DNA of 64,000 bases, from the NCBI GenBank assembly GCA_016193315.1, contig JACPSJ010000001.1, positions 155,981-219,980 of the forward strand. The letters run 5' to 3'. The DNA is from Candidatus Kerfeldbacteria bacterium (GTDB lineage: Bacteria; Patescibacteriota; Patescibacteriia; SBBC01; CAIJZX01). This document shows, piece by piece, positions 9,685 to 18,576 of the stretch (positions are counted from its first letter, which is position 1; every line of letters begins with the position of its first letter). The notes under the pieces were generated by a model. It did not search any database. It was not told the DNA's origin and saw nothing but the letters and a program-made list of their open reading frames with translations. The position numbers were made by a program, and so were the translations under genes.

Positions 9685-10818
9685 ATGTCGTTTTCCCCAT
9701 TACACCCCCATAAGCTACCAAAGCTTAGCCCAATTAGAATCACTAACGCCGAATACTGGCCCGAATTGATCCGTGCTCGCACATTGATTGCCGAGCTTCG
9801 GGGATTGAGTCTTACGCTCCCTAACCCCCTTCTGCTTATTTCTCCAGCAGTTATTCGAGAATCCATCGCTAGCTCTCAAATCGAAAATATTAATACTACA
9901 GTACAAGAAGTGTTACAGAGCCAACTGTTTCCTCTTGATGAGCAGCGATCTGTTGACAAAGAAGTTTTGCGGTACCGTGAAGCAGTTCTGTGGGGGTTCA
10001 AGCATAAGCGACTTCCCATCTCGACCCGTTTAATCCTTGGTATACATGAAAAGCTGATCCCAAGTGGGGGTGGACAATATCGAAAACAGCAAAACAAGAT
10101 CGAAGATAGCACCACACACGAAGTGCTTTATACACCGCCAATCGCTCCCGATGTCCCTATGCTGATGAGTGATTGGGAAAATACCGCCAATCAGCAGACG
10201 GAGGACCCCGATCCACTATTACGCTGTGCGATGCTTCATTATCAATTTGAGGCCATTCACCCCTTCCTTGATGGCAACGGTAGGACTGGGAGGATCTTGA
10301 TGGTCTTACAATTGGTCCGAGAGAAGCTGTTGCCCCTACCTACGCTTTTCGTTAGTGGGTACCTCGATCATCACCGCAGCGAATATTACAAACTTCTTCG
10401 CAACATTACCGCGCAAGGGGATTGGACACCGTATTTGCGATTCATGTTAGTTGCCTTTGCTGAACAGGCAGAGGAGACCCGTAATTTATTGTTAGCTATC
10501 CGGGGACTCTACTTTAGTACGAAACGAATTCTAAAGAAACGATTTAGCAGAATCTATTCTGTCGAGTTACTGGACGCTCTATTCTCAACGCCAATTATTT
10601 CTCCAGTGCGGCTTAGTGAAATCATCGGTACCCATTACGCTACTGCGAGTAAGTATCTGCAGCAACTTGCGAAGGCTGGATACTTAAGAGAGAGGTGGGT
10701 CGGGAAATACCATTTATACGCCAACACTCAATTGGTGAAAGTGTTTAGTATGCCACGTTTGGCGATCAGGCATGGTCGGGGTAAGAGTAATGCTGGACAA
10801 GATCGGAAGACGGCCTAA
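9685..10818 (+). CDS. Fic family protein (AMPylation/Fic-DOC) with C-terminal winged-helix domain
   Basis: Canonical Fic motif HPFLDGNGRTGR; low-GC segment. Confidence 0.85.
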   Translation: MSFSPLHPHKLPKLSPIRITNAEYWPELIRARTLIAELRGLSLTLPNPLLLISPAVIRESIASSQIENINTTVQEVLQSQLFPLDEQRSVDKEVLRYREAVLWGFKHKRLPISTRLILGIHEKLIPSGGGQYRKQQNKIEDSTTHEVLYTPPIAPDVPMLMSDWENTANQQTEDPDPLLRCAMLHYQFEAIHPFLDGNGRTGRILMVLQLVREKLLPLPTLFVSGYLDHHRSEYYKLLRNITAQGDWTPYLRFMLVAFAEQAEETRNLLLAIRGLYFSTKRILKKRFSRIYSVELLDALFSTPIISPVRLSEIIGTHYATASKYLQQLAKAGYLRERWVGKYHLYANTQLVKVFSMPRLAIRHGRGKSNAGQDRKTA

Positions 10819-11026
10819 ATGAGTTTAGCATTGTGAGACTCCTGGGCCCCATTTCTAGTATCATAGTTCTAACGTCGTCTACCAACCCCGACCCGACGAA
10901 CTATGATGCATGCCTGTCCGCCGTAGCGATGTGAAGGCGGCAATTATTAAACTCTGCTCGAACCTATTTTGAAATGATTTGCTTAGATAAAACGCTGTCG
11001 ACTCAAAAATCATTTCGAGAATATAT

Positions 11027-11494
11027 ATGAAAATGCGTATCGGTACAGATCACGCCATTATGAACTATTCTCGTATTACCCCGGGGACATACCTTGGTAC
11101 GAACGCCTGTTGCCAACGGCACTTTGACCTAAAGCTTTTGCACCGAGGGATCACTGCCGACATTTCCCTCGAAGCTGAGCGTATTGATGCCCCACGCGGA
11201 GTAGACTACTTTCTGTGGTTACCGACGCCAGATCATTCTTCGCCAACGCAAAATGATCTGGAGCTGGGAAGCCAGGCCATTGATTGGTTCATGCGCCATA
11301 AAGAAAAAGTTTATATTCACTGTAAAAATGGCCATGGCCGCAGCCCAACCTTACTTGCCGCTTACTTTATCCGCTACCAAGGAATGACGGTTCAGCAAGC
11401 AATGACTATTATCAAACATCGTCGGCCAGAGATCCATCTCGAAACAAGTCAGCTCCATGCCCTAGAGGTATTCGCCAGACATCACCTCCGCTAG
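11027..11494 (+). CDS. Protein tyrosine / dual-specificity phosphatase
   Basis: CX5R P-loop HCKNGHGRS. Confidence 0.75.
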   Translation: MKMRIGTDHAIMNYSRITPGTYLGTNACCQRHFDLKLLHRGITADISLEAERIDAPRGVDYFLWLPTPDHSSPTQNDLELGSQAIDWFMRHKEKVYIHCKNGHGRSPTLLAAYFIRYQGMTVQQAMTIIKHRRPEIHLETSQLHALEVFARHHLR

Positions 11495-11538
11495 GGAGCT
11501 TTTTTAACCAGGGGCTTAGCCGCACTTGACGGCTCTTT

Positions 11539-11916
11539 TTGCGCTTGATAGTATTTCAATACTTATGGAAATATTTAATCACTAGTACTATGCTTGATCT
11601 CCATTCTCGCGAAGCTGAACGGATTCGCTCCACCCTCGCCAAAGATCACGTTGATGATAAAGCTCGGGCTTTTGATCTCCTGAGCGATCCGAGTAGGTAT
11701 CGTATCCTTAGGGCTTTATCGCTTCACCCGGAGCTGTGCGTTAGCGATCTGACCGAGCTGTTTGATATGACCATGCCGGCGGTCTCTCATCACCTGCGGT
11801 TGCTGAAAGACGCCAAGGCGGTCACCTGTTGGCGTCACGGCCAGATGATATGCTACTCGCTGGAAAAAACTCCACTCGCAAACTTCATTCGCCAAGCCCT
11901 CGACAAACCTTTGTAG
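11539..11916 (+). CDS. ArsR/SmtB family transcriptional regulator
   Basis: HTH LSDPSRYRILRAL...CVSDLTELFDMTMPAVSHHLRLLKDA. Confidence 0.75.
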   Translation: MRLIVFQYLWKYLITSTMLDLHSREAERIRSTLAKDHVDDKARAFDLLSDPSRYRILRALSLHPELCVSDLTELFDMTMPAVSHHLRLLKDAKAVTCWRHGQMICYSLEKTPLANFIRQALDKPL

Positions 11917-11920
11917 TTCC

Positions 11921-12250
11921 ATGAAAGCCAGAGTGACTATTTTTCGGTATACGGGGAAGCAGGGGTTTTTTACCGTTTCCGCCGAAGCGTGCGAAGAGTG
12001 CGACGCGACCATCCATCTCGCGAAATCGCTGATCGCTCAGCTTCCACCTGGTAACGTCAAGCTCACAACCCGGCCATGGTGGCTGTGCTTCTGGAAAGTG
12101 CTGTATCGCGGCGGCTGGCATCCGCCGATTGTCACGATTAATGGGCGGGTTTTCAGTCAAGGGGTTGTCCCTGATGCGAGTTGTTTCAAGCAAGCGTTAG
12201 CCCAAGTTATCAATGGCTATACGTTTACGCCCTGCACCCATGCCGTTTGA
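11921..12250 (+). CDS. Small thioredoxin-fold-like protein with CxxC (CEEC) motif
   Basis: 109 aa; CEEC; positioned between ArsR and CcdA. Confidence 0.35.
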   Translation: MKARVTIFRYTGKQGFFTVSAEACEECDATIHLAKSLIAQLPPGNVKLTTRPWWLCFWKVLYRGGWHPPIVTINGRVFSQGVVPDASCFKQALAQVINGYTFTPCTHAV

Positions 12251-12986
12251 TGTGACGCAGCCGAGCTTTTTTCTAGCCTTTGTCGGTGGGCTGATTGCAT
12301 TTCTCTCCCCTTGCTTCTTTCCGCTGATCCCGGCCTACATCAGCTATTTCGGAGGAACATCACTCAATCACCAAGCCGAGAAGCCGCTGGGTTGGGAAAA
12401 CCGCACTCTCGGTCACACCTTGCTCTTCATTGCCGGGTTTCTGATTATATTTACTGCGTTGGGAGCCAGTGTTGGGAGTGTCGGCCGAAGCTTACTCGTG
12501 CACCGGCAGATCTTCATGCAGCTGGGGGGAGTATTGTTTATCTTCTTCGGTCTGTTTATGCTCGGCGCATTTCAGCATTTTACGCGACTGGGTGGCGAGA
12601 TAAAATTTCACATCGGGCCGCACCAAACCAAATATCATGGCTTCAACGCTTTCTTGCTCGGCCTCACCTTTGCTTTTTCCTGGACGCCATGCATTGGGCC
12701 GGTGCTCGGAGCAATCCTCACGCTAGCCGCGACTTCAACGACTGCCGGAACCGGCGCCGTCTTGCTCTTCGTGTTCGGTCTCGGCATCGCCTTCCCGTTT
12801 CTGATCATCAGCCTGTTTTTGGATCGCCTGTCCGCCTGGTTGCGCCGATTCCGGCAGGTGACGATCTACGCCCAGCGTGCGGCCGGGACACTCTTGTTGC
12901 TCTTGGGAATCTTTATGATCCTGGGGAAATACGGCCAACTGACCGCCTGGATCTTGAACGTCACTAAATTTCAACCAGCGCTTTAA
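12213..12986 (+). CDS. ccdA: Cytochrome c biogenesis / thiol-disulfide electron transporter CcdA (DsbD beta-domain family)
   Basis: 6-TM protein with conserved LSPC..PL..P motif (FLSPCFFPLIPAY) and second Cys in TM4 (WTPCIGP). Confidence 0.8.
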   Translation: MAIRLRPAPMPFDVTQPSFFLAFVGGLIAFLSPCFFPLIPAYISYFGGTSLNHQAEKPLGWENRTLGHTLLFIAGFLIIFTALGASVGSVGRSLLVHRQIFMQLGGVLFIFFGLFMLGAFQHFTRLGGEIKFHIGPHQTKYHGFNAFLLGLTFAFSWTPCIGPVLGAILTLAATSTTAGTGAVLLFVFGLGIAFPFLIISLFLDRLSAWLRRFRQVTIYAQRAAGTLLLLLGIFMILGKYGQLTAWILNVTKFQPAL

Positions 12987-12996
12987 TTCGCACGCT

Positions 12997-13455
12997 ATGG
13001 CAAAACATCGCTCCCAATCAAAGACCGGTTACTGGATAACAGGCGTTGTCATTATCGGCGTATTGATTTGGGGACTGGCCAGCCTTGGCAGTCGTCAAGG
13101 TCAGAATCGCACGGATAATCAAAGCTCCGGAGCCGCCATGTACCTCAAACCCTCACCGGCGGTTACCGCCAACCTGGCAAATCCAGGCAAGCGAACCGTG
13201 CTGTGGTTCTCGGCCACCTGGTGTGAAATCTGTAAATCAATGAGTCCGTACGTCCAAGCTGTCGTGGAGCGGCACGTCGATCAGGTGGTGATTACCGAGC
13301 GGGATGTTGACCGTGAACCGGGGCTGGCCCGCCAGTATGCGGTCCGGGGCACGCCGACCTTTGTCCTGCTCGATGAAAACGGCCAGACCATTACAACGCG
13401 GGTCGGTTATCTGTCGGAAAGCCAGTTTGAGTCTTTCATCACCCAGGGAACGTGA
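12997..13455 (+). CDS. Membrane-anchored thioredoxin (TlpA/ResA-like thiol:disulfide oxidoreductase)
   Basis: N-terminal TM; WCxxC motif (WFSATWCEICKSM). Confidence 0.75.
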   Translation: MAKHRSQSKTGYWITGVVIIGVLIWGLASLGSRQGQNRTDNQSSGAAMYLKPSPAVTANLANPGKRTVLWFSATWCEICKSMSPYVQAVVERHVDQVVITERDVDREPGLARQYAVRGTPTFVLLDENGQTITTRVGYLSESQFESFITQGT

Positions 13456-14411
13456 CCTCCCGTCGGGTCACTTTCCTCGCCGTCATCATCATCGGCGCCG
13501 GCGCCGCGATCTGGGGAATACTATCTCAACAAAGAAACGTGTTCACGTACTCAAATACCAACACGAAAGCACTTATCCCGATCGAGGACATTGTCGAGGG
13601 TGGGCCGGGTAAGGACGGCATTCCGTCGATTGACACGCCGAAGTTCGTCGACGTCGCTGCTGCCGACCAGTCGGGGATCTATGCCGACGATGGTTTAGGT
13701 ATCAGCGTCGTGTCAGGGACAACTGCTCGGTTTTATCCCTTCCAAATTCTCGTTTGGCACGAAATTGTCAACGATACTGTCGGCGGCCGGCCGCTCGCGG
13801 TCACCTACTGCCCACTGTGCGGCACCGGCATCGTCTACGACCGAACGATCGACGGCCAGGCGGTCGAATTCGGCGTTTCCGGGAAGCTTTATCAATCCGA
13901 CCTACTGATGTACGACCGGAAGACAGAATCTCTGTGGGCGCAAATCGAGGGGCGGGCTGTAGTCGGGCCGCTCGTTGGTCGCCGATTGACATTGATCGAG
14001 GCTCAAAACATCACTTGGAAAGAGTTCAAGACGAAATATCCGAATGGCCAAGTGCTGTCAACGGATACCGGTTACACCCGAAACTATCAGAGTTCCCCAT
14101 ATGGGGGTTATGATACAAACGAGGAAATCTACTTTCCGATCAACAACCGTGACAACCGAATCGATCTAAAAACACGAGTCCTTGGCATTGAAATCAACGG
14201 GAAATTTAAGGCCTATCCGGTCGAGGACGTCCAGCGGCTCAAGAACGTGACTGATACGTTCGCCGGCCGGATGCTACGTCTCACCGCCGATGGCGAGGAA
14301 GTGACCATTTTGGATACGTCATCGCGCCAGGTGATCGTGCCTGTCCACTCATTCTGGTTTGCCTGGGCGACGTTTCATCCGGGGACGGAACTCTACCAGC
14401 CCAACAGATGA
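13452..14411 (+). CDS. DUF3179 domain-containing protein
   Basis: Characteristic DUF3179 segment (LAVTYCPLCGTGIVYDR...SGKLYQSDLLMYDRKTESLW); commonly co-located with CcdA/thioredoxin. Confidence 0.65.
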   Translation: MTSRRVTFLAVIIIGAGAAIWGILSQQRNVFTYSNTNTKALIPIEDIVEGGPGKDGIPSIDTPKFVDVAAADQSGIYADDGLGISVVSGTTARFYPFQILVWHEIVNDTVGGRPLAVTYCPLCGTGIVYDRTIDGQAVEFGVSGKLYQSDLLMYDRKTESLWAQIEGRAVVGPLVGRRLTLIEAQNITWKEFKTKYPNGQVLSTDTGYTRNYQSSPYGGYDTNEEIYFPINNRDNRIDLKTRVLGIEINGKFKAYPVEDVQRLKNVTDTFAGRMLRLTADGEEVTILDTSSRQVIVPVHSFWFAWATFHPGTELYQPNR

Positions 14412-14519
14412 ATTCTGGATCGGTATTCTTGACCAAAATCCCGGAACAGTACTAAGGTCATTCGGCTACAGAGTTCAGCCACAGAAGTACGGAACGATCA
14501 TTTCACAAAGGAGAGTTCA

Positions 14520-15152
14520 ATGAATGCTTCGAAGGAGCCGACCCAAGACCCGCGCCGTGTGCGCGAACCGTTAACCCCCGAAGAGGTGGGGAAGTTCGAG
14601 GGCTATGCCAGCGAGATCTTTCATCGGCTCGGTCTCGAACAGGGGCCAGGAACGGAGACAACCCCCCAGCGTTGGCTCAAGGCAATGGTCGACATGACCA
14701 GCGGATACGACGGTGACGAAAAAATCCGTACCGTCTTCCCGAACGAGTGCCCGGGTTGTCCGCCTGATCACTTGGCGCACATCGTCGAAGGGCCGATTCA
14801 CCTGATGAGCAGCTGCGAGCACCACATTGTGCCGATCATCGGGGAAGCTTACGTCGCCGCCCACAGCCTGATCGGCATCTCCAAGTTCGTCCGCCTGGTG
14901 CGCGTCTACGCGCGTCGCTTCACCAGCCAGGAGCGGATCACCCAGCAAGTCGCCGGGGATCTGATGAAGCTCATCAATCCCCAGGGCACGGCCGTGCTGA
15001 TCAAAGCGCATCACCTGTGCTCGATTGCTCGCGGGGTCCGTGAGGTCACCTCGGCCACGACCACCATGGCCTTCCGCGGCGTCTACTTGACGGATCTCCA
15101 CCGCCGTGACGAATTCACGCAGCTGGTCGCGCACCGTATGGGTAATTACTAG
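14520..15152 (+). CDS. folE: GTP cyclohydrolase I
   Basis: Zinc-site motif region (SSCEHHIVP) and conserved central block (ISKFVRLVRVYARRFTSQERITQQVAGDL). Confidence 0.85.
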   Translation: MNASKEPTQDPRRVREPLTPEEVGKFEGYASEIFHRLGLEQGPGTETTPQRWLKAMVDMTSGYDGDEKIRTVFPNECPGCPPDHLAHIVEGPIHLMSSCEHHIVPIIGEAYVAAHSLIGISKFVRLVRVYARRFTSQERITQQVAGDLMKLINPQGTAVLIKAHHLCSIARGVREVTSATTTMAFRGVYLTDLHRRDEFTQLVAHRMGNY

Positions 15153-15160
15153 GAGGACGC

Positions 15161-16003
15161 ATGGACCCGCTCAAGACCTTAGTCGATAACCAAACCCGGG
15201 CCGATCCGGCGTGGCTACCCGAGGAGCTCCGTCGGCTGTATGATGGTGATCTCGTCTTCACCCGGCGGACCGATCGCCCGACGGTCGTGGCGAACTTTGT
15301 CTCGTCGCTTGATGGCGTCGTCTCGCTGAATATTCCCGGCCGTTCCGGCGGCGGAGAAATCAGCGGCCACGATTCCGGGGATCGGCTGATCATGGGGTTG
15401 TTGCGAACCGTCGCTGACGCGGTCGTAGTCGGCGCCGGAACGCTCCACGGCGATCCCGGGCACGTCCGAATTTCACGGTACATCGCTCCCGAGCTCGAGA
15501 CACTGCTCTCACGCTGGCGTCAAGATCGCGGACTGCCATCGCTTCCTCTGAACGTCATCGTCAGCGCCAGCGGCCGAGTCGACCTGAACGAACCGACGTT
15601 TCACACGCCCGATTTGCCAACGGTCATCATGACGACATTGACTGGGCAGCAGCGCCTGATCCGTGATCACGGTCAGGGCGTGTCCGCCACTCAGGTTCGG
15701 GTAGCGGGCGACGAAGCCCTGCTCCAGCCGCACGATATCCTGAACGCGCTCCATTCGGAATTCGGCGTTCAACTGCTGCTCCACGAAGGGGGCCCGACGC
15801 TGTTCGGCCAGTTCCTCAAGGAGCGGCTGATCGACGAGCTGTTCCTGACTATCGCGCCGCAAATCGTGGGGCGATCCAGGGACACCCGGCGGCTGGGCTT
15901 GGTGGAAGGGGCAGCTTTGGCCCCAGAGACGAATAGCTGGTGGGGTGTCCTCAGCGAAAAGGCCGCCGGAAGCTATCGCTACTTTCGTTTGGTGACCCCA
16001 TGA
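15161..16003 (+). CDS. RibD C-terminal domain / dihydrofolate-reductase-family reductase
   Basis: VVANFVSSLDGVVS...GGPTLFGQFLKERLIDELFLTIAPQIVG pattern. Confidence 0.6.
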   Translation: MDPLKTLVDNQTRADPAWLPEELRRLYDGDLVFTRRTDRPTVVANFVSSLDGVVSLNIPGRSGGGEISGHDSGDRLIMGLLRTVADAVVVGAGTLHGDPGHVRISRYIAPELETLLSRWRQDRGLPSLPLNVIVSASGRVDLNEPTFHTPDLPTVIMTTLTGQQRLIRDHGQGVSATQVRVAGDEALLQPHDILNALHSEFGVQLLLHEGGPTLFGQFLKERLIDELFLTIAPQIVGRSRDTRRLGLVEGAALAPETNSWWGVLSEKAAGSYRYFRLVTP

Positions 16004-16194
16004 AATTGTTTCTTCCACGGTGTCGAATCCGACCCGTTTCCCCCGCTCTGTTTAGGGCGGGGTTTTCTTTTCCTCCTCCCGTTCGAATCGGCGGCCCGTT
16101 CCTCCGAACTATTGACTCCTTGCGGGCTGTCTGTCAAGATTCGCGGGGAATTCCAGATACGCTGCTTAAACACTCATCGCTCAGGAGGCAGTCT

Positions 16195-16923
16195 ATGGCG
16201 GGTGCAAAGGGCCTGGAGATACACCGCGATCGCGTGATGATCGTGACGGGTGGAACCGGCGGACTCGGTCAAGCCGTCACCCGCAAGCTTTTGGACGGTG
16301 GCGCGACCGTAATCGCAACGTATCTCAACCAAGACGAAGCCGATCGGCTGGCCGCATCCACGTCTAGCGACCAGCGTCAGCGGTTAAACCTCACGTTGGT
16401 GGACGTCACCAATCCGTCGTCGGTCAACGCGTTGGTGGCTCACGTCCTCGAGTCGCATGGCCGGATCGATGGTCTCGTCAACGTCGTCGGCGGCTACCAG
16501 TACCGACCCTTCCTCGAAATCTCACCGGCCGACTGGCAACGGCAGCTCCAGCTGAATCTCGACACGACCTTCCTCGTCACCCGGGCGGTCCTCAAGCCGA
16601 TGGTGGAGGCGGGCTACGGCCGGATCGTCAGCGTCGGATCGCAGAGCGCGATGGCAGCCGCTCCCTTCGCCGCCCATTACAATGCGGCCAAGGCCGCCGT
16701 GGCAAGCCTGATGGCCACCCTGAGTCACGAATTCGGTCCAAATATCACAGCCAATACCGTTCTACCCGGCACGATTGATACGCTGGCGAATCGTCAGGCC
16801 ATGCCCGAGGCTGACACGAGTCAGTGGGTATCGCCCGAGACCATCGCGCACATGATTTCGCGGCTGTTGGAAGCCAGCAACGTAACCTCTGGACAACATA
16901 TCCCGGTCACGCGCAACCGTTAG
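16195..16923 (+). CDS. Short-chain dehydrogenase/reductase (SDR) family oxidoreductase
   Basis: Start moved to ATG 16195 after AGGAGG RBS; TGGTGGLG cofactor motif; YNAAK catalytic Y-x3-K. Confidence 0.8.
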   Translation: MAGAKGLEIHRDRVMIVTGGTGGLGQAVTRKLLDGGATVIATYLNQDEADRLAASTSSDQRQRLNLTLVDVTNPSSVNALVAHVLESHGRIDGLVNVVGGYQYRPFLEISPADWQRQLQLNLDTTFLVTRAVLKPMVEAGYGRIVSVGSQSAMAAAPFAAHYNAAKAAVASLMATLSHEFGPNITANTVLPGTIDTLANRQAMPEADTSQWVSPETIAHMISRLLEASNVTSGQHIPVTRNR

Positions 16924-17104
16924 CTACGCCCCCGTCCGACCAGACGGGGTTTTCTTTTCTTTGACGCTCGGCATGCGATCTGCCGGGTGCTTGATCAGTT
17001 CAGGCAACTGTTTCGTAGCCCGGGTCGGCGAGTAGAAGTTTTCCACACCGGGACGCTTGACAGCAATACGGAACGTATGTAATATATAAACATATCTACA
17101 TATA

Positions 17105-17443
17105 TTGATTTATATGCTACTCACCAAGCCGAAAGAGGCTACCGCATTGCGGCGGACCCTGGAAACTCTCCAAACCGACGGACCGAGCCGTGTATTTGCC
17201 GCGCTCGGTGACCCGATTCGCTTGCGGATGACCGTTTTGCTCAGTCTCAAACCCGACATTTGCGTGACCGACTTGACGGAACTTCTCGGTATTTCGCAGC
17301 CACTCGTGTCGCACCACCTGCGGATTTTGCGGGAAGCGGGTGTGGTCGTAGTCGAACGAATGGGCCAAATGCAGTGCCCGCGCCTGGCGAACGAACAGAT
17401 CAAGCGGATGGTTATGAAGTTTATTATGTCCGAAAGGGGGTGA
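17105..17443 (+). CDS. ArsR/SmtB family metal-responsive regulator
   Basis: LGDPIRLRMTVLLSL..ICVTDLTELLGISQPLVSHHLRILREAG. Confidence 0.75.
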   Translation: MIYMLLTKPKEATALRRTLETLQTDGPSRVFAALGDPIRLRMTVLLSLKPDICVTDLTELLGISQPLVSHHLRILREAGVVVVERMGQMQCPRLANEQIKRMVMKFIMSERG

Positions 17444-17448
17444 GCAAC

Positions 17449-17592
17449 ATGCCGCAATGTCCAGTCTGTAACGATGATGTGGATAATGTTGATGAGCATT
17501 CCATGAAACGTGCCGATGAAGGTGATCAGCCGCATAAGGAAGCGGTCGAGAAAATGGAAAAAATGAAGGGCCACGAAGGTCACAACCACTAA
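17449..17592 (+). CDS. Small Cys/His-rich putative metal-binding peptide (MPQCPVCNDD...KMKGHEGHNH)
   Basis: 47-aa ORF immediately after ArsR stop with GGGGG RBS; CPVC and His-rich tail. Confidence 0.35.
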   Translation: MPQCPVCNDDVDNVDEHSMKRADEGDQPHKEAVEKMEKMKGHEGHNH

Positions 17593-17660
17593 GTTCGGGG
17601 AGTAGCGGCGAATGTTCATTCGCCGACTCTCCCTGATCTGAGTAAACTCGTATCACACCT

Positions 17661-18158
17661 ATGGATCTCAAAACCTTTCGTTCAGAAAAAGACCAATTCT
17701 TCCGATCGCCCGACTCTCCGTTGCAACCTGTCCAGCGATCTTCTTTTACCGGATTATTATATTTTCCCGAAAATTCCAAGCTGCGGTTTCGATTGAAACT
17801 CAAGGAAAACGTGGCGCATGATTTTGTCATGATGCAGACCAGCACTGGCAGCCAGCGTCGTTATGTTCGGGCCGGAAAGATAGTCTTCGCCGTCAACGGG
17901 CAAGCAACGGAACTCTCCATCTTCAAGGATGAGCATGGTTACTTCCTGCCGTTTCGGGACGCGACGGGCGAAATGGAGACGTATCCTGCCGGGCGCTATC
18001 TCGAACCGGAGGTTGGGCCGGACGGATTGCTCGTGGTCGACTTCAATCAAGCATACAACCCATACTGTGCGTACAACGAGCAGTACTCCTGCCCGGTCCC
18101 GCCGCCAGAGAACCAGATTGCGGCGCGAATTGAAGCCGGAGAGAAACGATTTCACTAA
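17661..18158 (+). CDS. DUF1684 domain protein
   Basis: Characteristic DUF1684 segment (FRDATGEMETYPAGRYLE...DFNQAYNPYCAY). Confidence 0.65.
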   Translation: MDLKTFRSEKDQFFRSPDSPLQPVQRSSFTGLLYFPENSKLRFRLKLKENVAHDFVMMQTSTGSQRRYVRAGKIVFAVNGQATELSIFKDEHGYFLPFRDATGEMETYPAGRYLEPEVGPDGLLVVDFNQAYNPYCAYNEQYSCPVPPPENQIAARIEAGEKRFH

Positions 18159-18165
18159 AAAGATG

Positions 18166-18576
18166 ACCGTGCCAATTTTTCATCCGTCTGCCAAAAATCT
18201 ATTGACGAGAATGACGCCAATCCTTGGGGCCGGCGCGGTCGGCGCCTGCCCGCTATGCTGGATCGGTTCAGCTTCGTTCCTAACGTATATTGGGCTGGGC
18301 GCAGTTATTCCGATATGGCGATGGATCGTCTTGACCATGTTGGGCTTGAGTATTGTTGGTTTTGCGCTGGATTACCGTTCGCATCAAACAATGTATCCAC
18401 TCATCCTGCTGGTCCTTGGCGGCACGCTTCTCTATCTTGGTCGATACACTTTTGGCGGGGCCGGCTTCACCGGATGGCAAATCTGGGTGCCAGGTGCGAT
18501 TTTCGTCATCATCGCGGTTGTCTATAATAAACGTCAATTTTCTAAACCATCACATTACCCCCATGCCCACATTTGA
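18166..18576 (+). CDS. Small 4-TM membrane protein with GACPLCW motif (MerT/MerF-like metal transporter candidate)
   Basis: 136 aa; vicinal Cys pair CPLC at first TM; directly upstream of disulfide reductase. Confidence 0.4.
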   Translation, partial: TVPIFHPSAKNLLTRMTPILGAGAVGACPLCWIGSASFLTYIGLGAVIPIWRWIVLTMLGLSIVGFALDYRSHQTMYPLILLVLGGTLLYLGRYTFGGAGFTGWQIWVPGAIFVIIAVVYNKRQFSKPSHYPHAHI

